A stretch of 62,136 bases of DNA, from positions 1 to 62,136 of IMG/VR virus record IMGVR_UViG_3300036985_002914. One strand, written 5' to 3'. Source of the DNA: a virus. Its lineage: Duplodnaviria > Caudoviricetes. The first letter of the stretch is position 1. Each line of letters starts with the position of its first letter. Below are positions 10,801-21,084 of this stretch, piece by piece. The position numbers were made by a program, and so were the translations under genes. The notes beneath the pieces are model-generated. The model was not told the origin of the DNA. It worked only from the letters and a program-made list of their open reading frames with translations, and did no database searches.

Positions 10801-11178
10801 ATTGCTTCGGTTGCTCCTGCGGAAAGTTCCGGTGGATTTAGTGCCATGAACTTTTCCCAGCCTTGGTATATGCAACCAGCTAACTACAATATGCCTGATG
10901 CAGTGAAGGCTCGTGCTGTTGCAGGATTAGCGGCAGGCGGTATTGCAGATATGGCTCCGGCGTACCCAATGAACACGGGCGGTTACCCGCGGCGCACGGG
11001 CCAAATTGCAGGCCCCGGAACAGAGAAGTCTGATTCCATCCCGGCCATGCTGTCTGATGGTGAGTTTGTCATGACCGCACGCGCAGTGCGTGGAATGGGC
11101 AAAGGAAGCCGCCGCGACGGTGCGAAAAAAATGTATGCTCTGATGCATCAACTCGAAAAAAACGCCTCTAGGGGATAA
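7834..11178 (+). CDS. Large internal virion/ejection protein with two DUF4214-like repeats
   Basis: 1114 aa; YQDVLGRAPDAEGMKYW twice; C-terminal GPGTEKSDSIPAMLSDGEFV motif. Confidence 0.65.
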   Translation: MAQPPEGIMALPNEPQAAERPPLTLTDSYDVARTSLQNAQPEAAAQLQQIMAQLMPMLDQLSDTQLDQLLQLVQYLQDNEEQYPEIRKKLIAEGMGEEDLPPEYDPEYFAAIGTVVLEAIRVRSAAAGTPPQQFARGGIAQAAHMLASKGRGQDTQLAHITPAEARMLRKKGGVGTINPDTGLPEFGLWGSIVGAVKSTWKAVTGAVKSILKSPVGRFLSTVALSTFIGYPAASAVISLASGENLKTALISAGTAWLAGPTSPLSGVATKAASAILPQAANAAVRQGLASTIVGTGIGLATGKSLSDSVKSGLTTAALSYGAQQAQNAFPSPMKSLGLKTDVTGREMRGEGPVPIEDRLPPPKVFGQPDMAALSGTPPTRPTFTGMAGTPPPASLPGVTAQAPAFATQGPSTAAGGPMADTIPRIGETSYQTAGAGAGIRAIETPAISGTSTGAGLRPPANALGVSDLSAGTSAFPRIQQISAATPTPSGGIPDIRTAAGEMYQGMKDLDYEKFSKGAGDLFMPGTPSSSSITGSQQFKDLTSQGISADKAYTMVEKSMTPGMLRTYGPGVAAGLGVMGLTGGFNQDNPQVDLDKFWGPSSADLMKANPRKYYIQNIPGVTYSQQGAVVPRGYEDGGTVTPDPLDPKNFMVGTEYASPQFTMDDIRVATPTLEQREAEMANYTPVTSTMTATTEPGINNPAYQNISKMYQDVLGRAPDAEGMKYWMSTIGADRSISPEDKAAWMNAAQPEVMKDPNRWLKQSYQDILGRAPDEAGLKYWMDTIGADKSISPEERDQWLAEAYKEKPPVSVADKGYEPSESYDEYMARISAEKERQRLLKLKYPDLSLPRESSETEDEYMARINAKGTGTAPFAVAEKDLAGLNMGPQGIGKLAPPVGFDPSRTKSTVTGGIADIPTGQQIGLTDAPGYMGRGTQPIPTSAGMGGFNAANYTSTTGEPIPWYSQAANVALPDAGKARAAAGVTSAAAIPSIASVAPAESSGGFSAMNFSQPWYMQPANYNMPDAVKARAVAGLAAGGIADMAPAYPMNTGGYPRRTGQIAGPGTEKSDSIPAMLSDGEFVMTARAVRGMGKGSRRDGAKKMYALMHQLEKNASRG

Positions 11179-11180
11179 GC

Positions 11181-12539
11181 ATGGCTAATGAAACAACCAC
11201 ACAAGTAGTCAAAGAATCGCCGGAGATCGAAGCCCGTAAGTTGGGCTTGATGGACACGGCGGCAGGCATGAAGATGCCTAAGTTGCCTGCTTATCAGGTA
11301 GCTGGATTCTCTGCTGACCAAATGGCCGCGATGAAGCTCGGCAAACAAGGTATCGGCGCATACAAGCCATACCTTGAAAAAGGTTCTGGAATGATGGATA
11401 CCGCAGGTACAACTGCGGCACAGATGGGTACCTACACCGGTCAGATGGGCGCTCCTGCTGAACAGATTGGTCAGATTGGTGGTCAAGTCGGTCAATATGC
11501 GGGGCAGATGGGTAACTACCTGCAAGCTGATCTGGGTCAAGCACAGAACATGATGACCGGGTCCGTGGGTCAAGTACAGCAAGCCGCGCAACAACCCGGC
11601 TTTGCTACGGCACAAGGTGCGTTGACTCAAGGGATTGGCGCATTGAGTAGCGCGGCCCAAGGCTACGATCCATCGCGGGCGCAGGCTTTCATGAATCCGT
11701 ATCAGCAGCAAGTTATCGATGAATCCATGCGTCAAATTAGCCGTCAAGGCGACATTGCTAGAACGCAGCAAGGTGCGCGGGCCGCGATGTCTGGTGCTTT
11801 TGGCGGAGGCCGTCAGGCGGTAGAATCAGCAGAATTAGAGCGTGCATTAGCCGAACAGAAGAATGCTGCCATTACTGGTGCGCTGTCGCAAGGTTATCAA
11901 ACCTCCCAAGCGCAGGCTATGCAAGCGTTTGAGCAAGAGAAGCAACGCCAATTGGCGCAAGCACAGGGTTACCAAGGTGCTGCAGGGGTTGGTGGAAATC
12001 TGGCAGGCACACAGGCTAACATAGGTATGCAAGCAGGCCAGTACCAAGGTCAGATGGGTCAAGCTTTGGGTGCGCAGCAAATGCAACAGGCTCAGTTAGG
12101 TCAAGCGGGAACCGCGCAACAGGCTAATATTCTGGGCCAACAGGCCGGTATTTATGGCCAGCAAGCAGGTATTTATGGCCAGCAAGCAAGTTTGGCAGGC
12201 CAACAGGCGGCTACACAGGCTAATATTGGTCAAGGTATTGCTGGACTAGGTGCACAGGCACAGGCTTTGGGTCAGAATGATGTGAATTTCCTGTACAACA
12301 TCGGTTCTCAGCAGCAGGGGCAGACGCAAAGAGAAGTGGAAGCACTGCGTCAGACTCAGTACCAGACAGCTACACAGCCTTACCAACATCTTGGCTTTGT
12401 TTCGGACATCTACAAAGGTGCTCCTTCTTCGCAGATGGCGGTTACACAGAATCAGGCACCTTCTCCAAGCATGGCGCAACAGATCGGTGGATTGGCTACG
12501 GGTGCAATTGCAACAGGCAAAGCTCTTGGCGGCATTTAA
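11181..12539 (+). CDS. Gln/Gly/Ala-rich internal virion (DNA ejection/pilot-like) protein
   Basis: FMNPYQQQVID and GAFGGGRQAV motifs; GQQAGIY repeats. Confidence 0.65.
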   Translation: MANETTTQVVKESPEIEARKLGLMDTAAGMKMPKLPAYQVAGFSADQMAAMKLGKQGIGAYKPYLEKGSGMMDTAGTTAAQMGTYTGQMGAPAEQIGQIGGQVGQYAGQMGNYLQADLGQAQNMMTGSVGQVQQAAQQPGFATAQGALTQGIGALSSAAQGYDPSRAQAFMNPYQQQVIDESMRQISRQGDIARTQQGARAAMSGAFGGGRQAVESAELERALAEQKNAAITGALSQGYQTSQAQAMQAFEQEKQRQLAQAQGYQGAAGVGGNLAGTQANIGMQAGQYQGQMGQALGAQQMQQAQLGQAGTAQQANILGQQAGIYGQQAGIYGQQASLAGQQAATQANIGQGIAGLGAQAQALGQNDVNFLYNIGSQQQGQTQREVEALRQTQYQTATQPYQHLGFVSDIYKGAPSSQMAVTQNQAPSPSMAQQIGGLATGAIATGKALGGI

Positions 12540-12548
12540 GGAAAAATC

Positions 12549-14939
12549 ATGAAACAAGAAATTCTAAAACGCGCTATGTTCGCCAAACCTCTGTCAAAAG
12601 CTGCTAAAAATAGCGGCATTATGGCGGGCTTTGAGGACGAAATGGAGATGGAAGGCGAAGAGGACGAGATGCTGCCTATGGCGCGTACTCCTCAGAATCC
12701 TGAAATCCTGATGAATAACCTCCGGGGCGATATGCGCTCGGTGGATGCCCGCTATCAGGAACTAGCGGACATGGTCGGTGAGCAGGCAGCGCAGGATACT
12801 CCTCCGCAAGTGCTGGCTCTCCTGCAAGAACACATGGCCATGATGCAGCAACCGCAAGGCGGTATTGGCGGTCTGCCACAAGGTCAGCAAATGGCTCCTC
12901 CGGGAATGCCGCCACCGGGCGGCCCACAAGGAATGCCACCGGGTATGCCCCCACAAGGAATGCCACCTGCGATGCCTCCCGGCATGGAGGGTGCTCCCCC
13001 TTTTCCGCAGGGCGGGGCTGAACAAGCTCCGCCTACGCCTGATGGATTGCCTCCAGTACGCGCAGCGGCGGGTAAGTTTATTACCAAGGCTGCACAGTAT
13101 GCAGGGGAAGGTGCCGACGCTTTTCGTGCAGGCTTGAACCGCGTAGACGAATATCTAGGCAATATCGTTGCTCGTCCGCAGTTTGAGACTACCCCTATGT
13201 TGGGGGCAGATGGCCGTCCAATTACTATCCAAGGCCGTGAGAATATCCGCATGGATTCAGCAGGTCGCCCAATTGAAGGACAGGGCACAAAGCTGGAGCG
13301 GGGAGCTACGCTAGACTTGCGCCAACCTACGTTGACCGAAGCTATTAGTCAGACAGCACGACGTGCCGAGGCGGACTATCCGCGGTCCGCGGAACTCCTT
13401 CGCCAAATGAAGAACGTCCCATCTTCTGTAAAAGGGATTAGTTTTGGTGCAGGGGCAGGTACAGCTTTAATGAGTCGTCCGGGGGAAGTAACGCCGGATC
13501 AAGAAAGTGCAATTGATCGGGTGAATCAGATTCCGGGCCAAGGTCCTGTTACTCGAGATGCAAAAGGTAATCTGCTTTATCAAAACTTCCCTCCATTTGA
13601 GTCAAACTTTGTAGGGACAGGGGAACCTCCTGTTGTTTCTGCCGCGCCTAAAGGAGAAGCCCCTCCTGAGTCGGTAATAGAGACAAAGCCTGAGGAAGAT
13701 CAAGCGGGTGCTGAGACTAATGAATTTATTAAACGTGCTACGGAAGCTGCGCCAAAGACTCGCGCTCAACGGATCAAGGCTGAGTATGAGGACATAGCGC
13801 CTACGTTTAGAGAACTTCTTGGCGATAATAAGGACGATATTCGTACGAACGCATTGCTGTTGTTGGCGGATGCGGGCTTTAAGTTTGCCTCAGAGTACAA
13901 GCCTACGATGGCCATGGCTTTGGGTAGCGCGTTGTCTGGTCTGCCTAGAGGTTTGGCGGCTCTTGCTGCACAGGCTAAAGAGCGCGGCATCAAAGTTAAT
14001 ACGGCAGCATTGCAGCAGGCTGTGGATAATGTCACTCTGCAAGATAAGTACTCACACGAGCAGAAACAAACCATCCTCAAAGGCGATTACGAGCTTATGA
14101 AGAAGAAATATGACAATGCGGGCTATATCCTTAAAGACGGGGGCGCTGGGCTAATTAAGGTAGAAACACGCAAAGGAAGCTTTGTTGAAAGCCGTCTTAA
14201 TCCTAATGATCCCGCAGTAAAGGCGGCTGTAACTAGTCGTTATAATCTTACGGATAGCAATCCTTACGTGACCCTTATTGGACCCTCTCCATCTGTTCAA
14301 GAGACGAATGAGGGAGAACGTATAAAACTTTTAGGTTCAATGCGAGACACAGAAGGTGCCTTGCGTCAGATTGAACGCGCAAAGAATATTGTGCAAAATG
14401 CTTATAGCCCCGGCACATGGTTTACGAGCAAATATAACCAATTTGTTCCTGTTATCCCCGGTGCCCAGCCTAATGTAAAAGCGGCAGATGTTGCTATTCA
14501 ATTGAAGTCTGTTTTTAACAATGTATCTAAGAATGCGGCGGCTATTAATAATAGTGGCCGAGTAGCTGTGCAACAACAAGAATGGGAACGGGATAATTTA
14601 AGTCTATTGGACAATCCAGAAGGATTCTTTAAAGACCCGGAATTGGCAGCAAAGACGTTAAACTCTTTGGAATCAATGTATCGTAATGCCCGCCAGCAAA
14701 CAATGGAGCAATTAGGTTGGGAAGACCGTGAATTTACTATGCGTACCCCTGAGACAGGAACGCAAAATGACCCATTCGTTATCCCTGCCGACCCGGATAT
14801 GAAAAAGCGTATGTATTCCTTCTTAGGTACTACCATTGGTACTGTGCAGAACCCAAATGCAGTGGTGTATTTAAAAGGGCCTGACGGAGTTGTAAAAAGG
14901 GTTAACCCATCCACATTTAAAAATTACCCACTCCAATGA
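12549..14939 (+). CDS. Internal virion protein (Pro-rich N-terminal region)
   Basis: 796-aa ORF with SD; in ejection-protein cluster. Confidence 0.6.
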   Translation: MKQEILKRAMFAKPLSKAAKNSGIMAGFEDEMEMEGEEDEMLPMARTPQNPEILMNNLRGDMRSVDARYQELADMVGEQAAQDTPPQVLALLQEHMAMMQQPQGGIGGLPQGQQMAPPGMPPPGGPQGMPPGMPPQGMPPAMPPGMEGAPPFPQGGAEQAPPTPDGLPPVRAAAGKFITKAAQYAGEGADAFRAGLNRVDEYLGNIVARPQFETTPMLGADGRPITIQGRENIRMDSAGRPIEGQGTKLERGATLDLRQPTLTEAISQTARRAEADYPRSAELLRQMKNVPSSVKGISFGAGAGTALMSRPGEVTPDQESAIDRVNQIPGQGPVTRDAKGNLLYQNFPPFESNFVGTGEPPVVSAAPKGEAPPESVIETKPEEDQAGAETNEFIKRATEAAPKTRAQRIKAEYEDIAPTFRELLGDNKDDIRTNALLLLADAGFKFASEYKPTMAMALGSALSGLPRGLAALAAQAKERGIKVNTAALQQAVDNVTLQDKYSHEQKQTILKGDYELMKKKYDNAGYILKDGGAGLIKVETRKGSFVESRLNPNDPAVKAAVTSRYNLTDSNPYVTLIGPSPSVQETNEGERIKLLGSMRDTEGALRQIERAKNIVQNAYSPGTWFTSKYNQFVPVIPGAQPNVKAADVAIQLKSVFNNVSKNAAAINNSGRVAVQQQEWERDNLSLLDNPEGFFKDPELAAKTLNSLESMYRNARQQTMEQLGWEDREFTMRTPETGTQNDPFVIPADPDMKKRMYSFLGTTIGTVQNPNAVVYLKGPDGVVKRVNPSTFKNYPLQ

Positions 14940-17900
14940 TTATTCCAACTGCTGATGGTGAACTCCTTGACCTTGATACATGGAAGGTTGTGGGCCGTGT
15001 GGAAGGTGCGCCGACTACATCTCCTGTTCGTTCGGCCGCCTTGGGGGAAGCCCCGGTGCCGGAAGGAGATCGTGTAAATGGTCTGCTAAAGAATCTGTCT
15101 TGGGGATTTAACTCCATGCTGTTCGCGGCCCCTGATCTTGCAACCGAGGGTATTGGCAAAGCAATGGGCATGAAGCCGGAGGAAGTATTTACTCTGGGTA
15201 AGTTCTTTAACCAAGGTCAAGTAGCGCCTCGTAATGCAGAAGAGCGCTACTCCCGTGCTGTCGGCGAAGGTGTCGGTGGCACATTACCTATCACAGGTAT
15301 TTTGGCGTATGCAGCACGCGTTAAACCTATGGTCGCGGCAGCAGAAACAGGTGCCGGTGTATTAAAAGGAATTGCTAACGATGCTATTAAATTTGCTCAA
15401 CAAAGTCCTAGATTGGCAGCAGGCCTTGACATCGCGTTTGGTGCAGGCTTTGAAACGCTTCGGCAAGCGGTAACAGAGAACGTCTCTGACGATAACCCTA
15501 ACAAAGCACTGTACGAATCTCTGCTGCCTACTGCGGCATTTGTTGGTCTGCCGTTAGCTCTTAATGTCATGCCTTCTATAGTGGGAGGCAAAGCAGTAGC
15601 CAATAAGATTAAGAGTGCTACCGCAGGCTTGGGGGACACGGAAAGTGAAATCCTTGCTGGCTTACCTAAGGCTTATCGCCTTCCGGGAGTCAAGATCGTC
15701 CCGCAGTTGCTGATGAAAAACGCAGAGCGAAAACTGACGCAAGTGTTTGGTCCGATATCCGAGAGCCCCGAAGCACAGCAAGCGCTCAAACAATTAGAGA
15801 TCGCCATGCAAGACCCGCGGTTCGCGGAAGCCGGTTTTATGTTCGATGCGGCCGAGAAAACAATGTACAGCCCACTGCTTGAACGCAAAGCAGAGTTGCT
15901 GGATCAGTTAGGCCCTGCAGAGTTAGAAGCCACTAAAAAACGTATCAATGAGAATCAGCAGAAGTTAGCTGCCTTGTTTGATACGCTAGCGCCAGAAGCC
16001 CGTCAGCCGGTAATTGAGGCATTCCAAGCAGCGCAGGCTGATCGTCAATCATTCTTTGAAGGCTTGTTAAAGTCGCAGAAAGATCTGACAGAAGCGGAAG
16101 TGTTGTCGGTATCCGAGCGCCTCGGCCCGCAGAATATGGACATGATCAACAATGAATTGCGTGGTGCGCTTTTGGGTGCCATGGAGTTCGATGCGAGCAT
16201 GCGTACTAACACGCTAAATCGTATGGGTCTGCGTCAAGCTGTATCGCCAGAAGGTCTGCCTATGCCTACGCGGCAGGAGGGCAAATCTCTGTTCCCTGCG
16301 CAGAACATGGAGGAGATGGCCACTAGCCTTATCAACAAGTACACCCCAGAGCGCCCTTCTCTACGCAATCCTATTCCAGAGCCTATTGCCCTGTTGCGTA
16401 ACTTTGTGCAAAGCCAACAATTTGCGCGGGATCAGTTAGAGAAGAAGATGGTCAAGCAGCTTACTGGTCAGGCTATTGATACACAAATTACTGGCCTAGG
16501 TTTGCCGCAAGATATTGAGGAAGCGGTGCGCTCTTCTGTCTTGGCTTTGGTAGAAGGTAGGGCAGCAAAAGGCGGGAAAAAACGTGCCACTGCCACGGAT
16601 ATTGCAAAGACCGATGCACAAGGATTTACCAATGTACCTACTGGTATTCCTAACAAGTTTATCCGCATCAACTCGAATCAAATCAAACAAGATGCTTCGC
16701 GGATCGCGGGGGATAACACGAGCATCGATATCAATGCGCCTGAGGCTTTGGATTACTTGGCCGCGGCTGCACGCTATCGTAATGATTCCTTGGCTCGCTA
16801 TAACTCTGCCATGTCCCGCGGCACGTCACGCCTGACAGATGCCCAGCGTATTCTGGATACAGGCAATGCGGTGTACAAGGATGTAGAGAAGCTGATCTTG
16901 GACCACGTACCAAAGATCAAGACAGAGTACGAAGGCATGAAGAATGTCTTGTCTGACTATCGTGCCGGGTTTGAGAAGAATCTTCCTTTACTGATGTCGC
17001 AAACGCGTGCAGGTGGCGAAGAATTCTTGCTAGGTAACGAGCAATTAATGCAGCGTGCATTCCAAAACGCAGGCAACCTCCGTCAGCTACAGGTGTCCCT
17101 CGGTGGCACTCCTCAGTTCGATACCTTGCTTGTCAAAGGTACGATGGATTGGTTGCGCAACAAGAATGTTATTACGCCTGATGGTATTGTTGATCCGAAG
17201 AAGATTCGTGCAGTATTGGATAAGAATCGCAATATTGTAGAAGCGCTTCCTCCAAGCATTCAAGGTGCGCTGAAGGACGAAGTTGCTCTGGCAGATGAGT
17301 ATGTAACGCGCTTGGGGGAACTAGATCAACGTCGCGTATCTGCTAAGAATGATGAGCTTGATCAATTGCTGCGTAAGGCAGGCCGTCCTGATGCTGACCC
17401 TCGGCAAACACTCGCCAAGGCTATTCAAGACCCGTCCATCATGCGCGTCTTGGTGGATGAGTTTGGCAAAGACCCAGAGAGATTAGCAGCACTGCGCCGT
17501 AGCGTGTTTGAAGTAGCCGCACAAGGTTCGCAAAAAGGCGGCGCACTACAGACCTTCTTGCAGAACAACGAGAAGTCTTTAAGCATCTTGTTTAAAGACA
17601 CTAAGCATTTAAATGACCTGAAGACACTGGCTGATTTGCAGGCTCGAGTAAATGCTTTTGCTGATGTAACTGGCCAGATTCCTGCGTTTGATTCATTGGA
17701 TCAAACACTGAAGAACACCTTTGGTGCAGGTATCCAGTTCCTTACCACCACGGCGCGCGAAGCGGCAGTAGGCAGGATCAACCCATCTACCGGCGCACTT
17801 GCTGTTCTGGTCCGCTTCTTCGGTAGATTGGAAAACGATCTGTATAACCGTATCTTTACCAAGGCATTGGAAGATCCTAAGTTTGCAGAAAGTATTACGC

Positions 17901-18292
17901 ACGTAGCTACGCCAGCAGATGCCAAACGCTTGACAGGGCAGTTGCAGGCAATTGGTATTCCTGTCGCTAAGTATCTTCCTTTCCCTGTTAAAGGTGCGGC
18001 ATTGGAAGCCGGTCAATTAGCGCGGGGCGAAGAGCAAGCACCTATTGAAGGTATGGCAGAAAAGCCTGTCATGCCACGCGAAACTGCGCGTCAGATGATG
18101 CGGAAAATGCCTCCTGCTCCGCCAACCACGGGCACTAACTTCGGCATGCCGACTATCAACCCTAGTCAACAACAGCAGCCAAATATCCCGTTGATGTACC
18201 CAACGCTATTCCCGAACGATCCGATTAGCGCCATGTTGCTGCAGCGTCAGCAACAACTCCAGCAAGGTCAACCAATTACTCCGGGACAATAA
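14936..18292 (+). CDS. Large internal virion/ejection protein
   Basis: 1118 aa, helical; ATGA overlap with upstream gene. Confidence 0.6.
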   Translation: MIIPTADGELLDLDTWKVVGRVEGAPTTSPVRSAALGEAPVPEGDRVNGLLKNLSWGFNSMLFAAPDLATEGIGKAMGMKPEEVFTLGKFFNQGQVAPRNAEERYSRAVGEGVGGTLPITGILAYAARVKPMVAAAETGAGVLKGIANDAIKFAQQSPRLAAGLDIAFGAGFETLRQAVTENVSDDNPNKALYESLLPTAAFVGLPLALNVMPSIVGGKAVANKIKSATAGLGDTESEILAGLPKAYRLPGVKIVPQLLMKNAERKLTQVFGPISESPEAQQALKQLEIAMQDPRFAEAGFMFDAAEKTMYSPLLERKAELLDQLGPAELEATKKRINENQQKLAALFDTLAPEARQPVIEAFQAAQADRQSFFEGLLKSQKDLTEAEVLSVSERLGPQNMDMINNELRGALLGAMEFDASMRTNTLNRMGLRQAVSPEGLPMPTRQEGKSLFPAQNMEEMATSLINKYTPERPSLRNPIPEPIALLRNFVQSQQFARDQLEKKMVKQLTGQAIDTQITGLGLPQDIEEAVRSSVLALVEGRAAKGGKKRATATDIAKTDAQGFTNVPTGIPNKFIRINSNQIKQDASRIAGDNTSIDINAPEALDYLAAAARYRNDSLARYNSAMSRGTSRLTDAQRILDTGNAVYKDVEKLILDHVPKIKTEYEGMKNVLSDYRAGFEKNLPLLMSQTRAGGEEFLLGNEQLMQRAFQNAGNLRQLQVSLGGTPQFDTLLVKGTMDWLRNKNVITPDGIVDPKKIRAVLDKNRNIVEALPPSIQGALKDEVALADEYVTRLGELDQRRVSAKNDELDQLLRKAGRPDADPRQTLAKAIQDPSIMRVLVDEFGKDPERLAALRRSVFEVAAQGSQKGGALQTFLQNNEKSLSILFKDTKHLNDLKTLADLQARVNAFADVTGQIPAFDSLDQTLKNTFGAGIQFLTTTAREAAVGRINPSTGALAVLVRFFGRLENDLYNRIFTKALEDPKFAESITHVATPADAKRLTGQLQAIGIPVAKYLPFPVKGAALEAGQLARGEEQAPIEGMAEKPVMPRETARQMMRKMPPAPPTTGTNFGMPTINPSQQQQPNIPLMYPTLFPNDPISAMLLQRQQQLQQGQPITPGQ

Positions 18293-18294
18293 TC

Positions 18295-18459
18295 ATGGCA
18301 ACTAAACCAGTATGGGATAAACCACGTCCAGCAGGATTAGGTAAATCTAAGAAACTATCTCCACAGAAGAAGAGTATGGCAAAGGCTATGGCCAAGAAAG
18401 CTGGTCGGCCATACCCTAATCTGGTGGATAACATGCGTGCGGCAAAGAAGGCTAAATAG
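18295..18459 (+). CDS. Small basic protein, 54 aa
   Basis: Not in ORF track; MATKPVWDKPRPAGLGKSKKLSP...AGRPYPNLVDNMRAAKKAK. Confidence 0.7.
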   Translation: MATKPVWDKPRPAGLGKSKKLSPQKKSMAKAMAKKAGRPYPNLVDNMRAAKKAK

Positions 18460-18471
18460 TTCGCTGGGCCT

Positions 18472-19209
18472 CTACATCTCCTTGTCATCGTGTAGAGGCC
18501 TTTGAGAGTCTGATGTGTCTACCCCGTCAGGCTCTCTTTTTTCAAACTGCTCTACCCTACGCATCCACTCATCCTGATAGCCGTCAAACTCACGGCCGCA
18601 GGTGATGAATTCTTGCACCTGCCCATCCTGCGCCACCATCATGATGACCCCTTGACGGATATCTGTGCCATGCACCTTGTTATGTGCTTTGGCATAGGCG
18701 GCTAGTTGGATGAAATAGTCATCAATCCACTCGCGCTTCTTCATCCGATTGGTCTGCTTAAAGTCCAGAATACTGGCTTCACCCTTGTAGATACCAACGC
18801 AATCCGTGGTCCCCGCATAGCGGCCCGGGTAATACAAAGGTACCTCCGCGCCCCACACTTCTTGCACATGCGGGAAGAAGTACTCGATCAGCGCATAGCC
18901 CATGCGATAGCCTTTGATCTGGAGCCATGACCGCGGAACAGGGAGCGGTCGATTCAACAGGAGGCGCTCTACTACGTTATGCATATGGGTGCCGACGGTA
19001 GCAGCATCATTGCGGATGCGCTCTGCTTCGTCTTTCCCTACGCGCTCTTCCCACTCCTTCAGGAAGCTCTGATCCTTGGTGGCCGATAGAATGGTCGTTA
19101 CGCTAGGGACAGGTTCTAATTCGTCACTTTTGTATACACGTCCTGCTGACGTGTCCATTCTTTCCAGTTTTTTGTACACATACTTCTTACGGATGGGGAT
19201 TAATTGCAT
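18472..19209 (-). CDS. PD-(D/E)XK exonuclease (Cas4/MGME1-like)
   Basis: PSVTTIL, GTHMH, YAGTTD...ILDFKQ, QLAAY; start at TAATG overlap with SNF2 gene. Confidence 0.85.
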   Translation of the reverse strand: MQLIPIRKKYVYKKLERMDTSAGRVYKSDELEPVPSVTTILSATKDQSFLKEWEERVGKDEAERIRNDAATVGTHMHNVVERLLLNRPLPVPRSWLQIKGYRMGYALIEYFFPHVQEVWGAEVPLYYPGRYAGTTDCVGIYKGEASILDFKQTNRMKKREWIDDYFIQLAAYAKAHNKVHGTDIRQGVIMMVAQDGQVQEFITCGREFDGYQDEWMRRVEQFEKREPDGVDTSDSQRPLHDDKEM

Positions 19210-20660
19210 TATACGAGCCACTCCTTTAGCTTTTCGCCCAGCACTGCGCCTGCAATATCAATCTTGCTGCGTAGTGCTTTGACGATATGTTCATCAATGG
19301 TTTTTGTAGCGATCAAGTCTACGTAGGTTACCTTGCTAGTTTGCCCGATCCGGTGAGCGCGGTCCTCGGATTGCAGGCGCTTTTCCAAGTCAAAGCTATT
19401 GCTGTAATACACCACCAAGTTGGCAGCAGTGAGCGTCAAGCCATAGCCGCCAGTGCTGGGGTTGCCTACAAAGAAGCGTAGGTCATCCTCTGGGTCTTGG
19501 AAGCGCGTAACAATTTCTTGTCGCTCGTCAGCAGGCGTGTCACCAAAATAGGTGGCTACGCTGGTCATGCCGTATTCCTTCTGCAAAGCGAGCTTGATCT
19601 TCTCAATATCCCTGCGGTAGGTAGCCCAGATAATGACCTTGCTTGACGCTTCGCGGAGCGCGGCCAACAGTTCGTCCATGCGGTTGCTAGGCAGGTCAAT
19701 CTCTTCTCCGCTATCCAACTTCATGTGGCCACAAACAATCTGATGCAGGCGCATTAGCTGGGTTAGGGCGTTGTTGGTAGTGACCATGCCTTCCTCTACC
19801 AGAGCCAGCGCCATCATCTTCATCTGCTCATAGGCAGACTTCTGCTCTGGGGTAAGCTCGACTTCCCTGCGCGTGTAGATTTTGTCAGGCAAATCCAAGC
19901 ATTCCTTCTTGGTGACGCGGAAGGCAAAGTTATTGATCTTCTCCTGCAATTCATCCAATCGTCGGTAGCCTACGATCTGCTTAAACGTATGGGTAGGCAT
20001 CTTGCGTTCTATGAGGACCGCGTACCGCGCTTGGAAGGTATAGAAGCTCGTTGCATCCAAACAGTCAGGGGACAGGAAATCGCATTGGGAATACAAATCC
20101 AATGGACTCTTGGTGACAGGAGAGCCTGTCGCGATCCTCCGGTAACGGGCTTCTCTGCCTATCTTGATGATGCTCTTAGTGCGCTTCGCGGCAGGGGTTT
20201 TGATGGTGGTAGATTCATCAATAGCCATGAAGGATTTAGTCACTCTGAGGAAGATTTTGGCGAAATTTTGGCCTTTTTCCGTGCTAAAAGCCTCAATATT
20301 CATGATTAGAATGCGTAAATCATCTACTGCATTCATCATTACATCCATCTCTTCTCTCTCTGCTTTCTTTGGGGTAGGTGACCAGCAGGCCATCCTGTAC
20401 CGAATATGATCCGGCATGTGCTTCGGTATCTCTGATTTATACCAGTTTCGGTATACCCCCTTAGGTGCCACAATCAGCATGGAATCGATACGGCCTTTGT
20501 CATACAGCATAGCTGCATTATTTATTAGCATAAAACTTTTGCCTGTTCCCATCTCTGCAAAGAGCGCAGCAACGGGTTGTTCCCAGAACCGCTGCATATA
20601 GGCGGCTTGGTGTAGGAACGGCGTATTTTTAAACGGGTACTTATCAACGAAGTAGTTCAT
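19209..20660 (-). CDS. SNF2-family (SF2) helicase
   Basis: EMGTGKS, IDES, TGSP, GGYGLTL, QSEDRAHRIGQ. Confidence 0.92.
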   Translation of the reverse strand: MNYFVDKYPFKNTPFLHQAAYMQRFWEQPVAALFAEMGTGKSFMLINNAAMLYDKGRIDSMLIVAPKGVYRNWYKSEIPKHMPDHIRYRMACWSPTPKKAEREEMDVMMNAVDDLRILIMNIEAFSTEKGQNFAKIFLRVTKSFMAIDESTTIKTPAAKRTKSIIKIGREARYRRIATGSPVTKSPLDLYSQCDFLSPDCLDATSFYTFQARYAVLIERKMPTHTFKQIVGYRRLDELQEKINNFAFRVTKKECLDLPDKIYTRREVELTPEQKSAYEQMKMMALALVEEGMVTTNNALTQLMRLHQIVCGHMKLDSGEEIDLPSNRMDELLAALREASSKVIIWATYRRDIEKIKLALQKEYGMTSVATYFGDTPADERQEIVTRFQDPEDDLRFFVGNPSTGGYGLTLTAANLVVYYSNSFDLEKRLQSEDRAHRIGQTSKVTYVDLIATKTIDEHIVKALRSKIDIAGAVLGEKLKEWLV

Positions 20661-20686
20661 CTTTCTTCCTTTCTTGTGCAGGCCTA

Positions 20687-20714
20687 TTGACAGCCTGTGT
20701 TTTTATTGTACACT
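20687..20714 (+). promoter_or_regulatory. Sigma70-like promoter for the rightward replication operon
   Basis: TTGACA (20687) - 16 bp - TACACT (20709) in a divergent intergenic gap. Confidence 0.55.
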
Positions 20715-20745
20715 GTGTGTTCGTTTACAGAAAGGAGAAAGAAAC

Positions 20746-21084
20746 GTGAAAAGAGTTTTTGTTGTGCAGGAGATGCCTAACCATGACATTTCTAGTGCTA
20801 TGAAGTATGGAGAGGTAGAAATACTGCTTGCTTCCAATACCCAAATTGCTTTTTCTACCGCACCTACCATCCGGCGCTTACGCCGTAAGTTGCGAGATTA
20901 TAAAGACGGGGACTATCTTTTATTAACGGGGGACCCAGTTGCTATCGGATTAGCTTGTGCGATAGCATCTTTCAATAACGGAGGACGTTATACCGCGCTA
21001 AAATGGGATCGTCGGGAACGCATGTATATTCCGATTGAGATTGATGTTACAGAGAATGGAGAGAGAGATGAAGACGGATATTAA
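20746..21084 (+). CDS. Hypothetical phage protein (small alpha/beta)
   Basis: GTG start after AAGGAG; DYLLLTGDP motif. Confidence 0.7.
   Translation: MKRVFVVQEMPNHDISSAMKYGEVEILLASNTQIAFSTAPTIRRLRRKLRDYKDGDYLLLTGDPVAIGLACAIASFNNGGRYTALKWDRRERMYIPIEIDVTENGERDEDGY

Noticed and set aside
11148-11771. Long antisense ORFs (also 43654-44316, 31211-31744 and others)
   Set aside because: Shadow frames of well-supported genes on the opposite strand; no motifs or RBS
18070-18085. Third parS-like site (CATGCCACGCGAAACT, MPRET)
   Set aside because: Three mismatches in the 14-bp core plus both flanks; possibly a decayed site but unsupported
20746-21084. Possible CARF/ring-nuclease-like fold
   Set aside because: Only a vague resemblance around DYLLLTGDP; cannot be supported without a structure search
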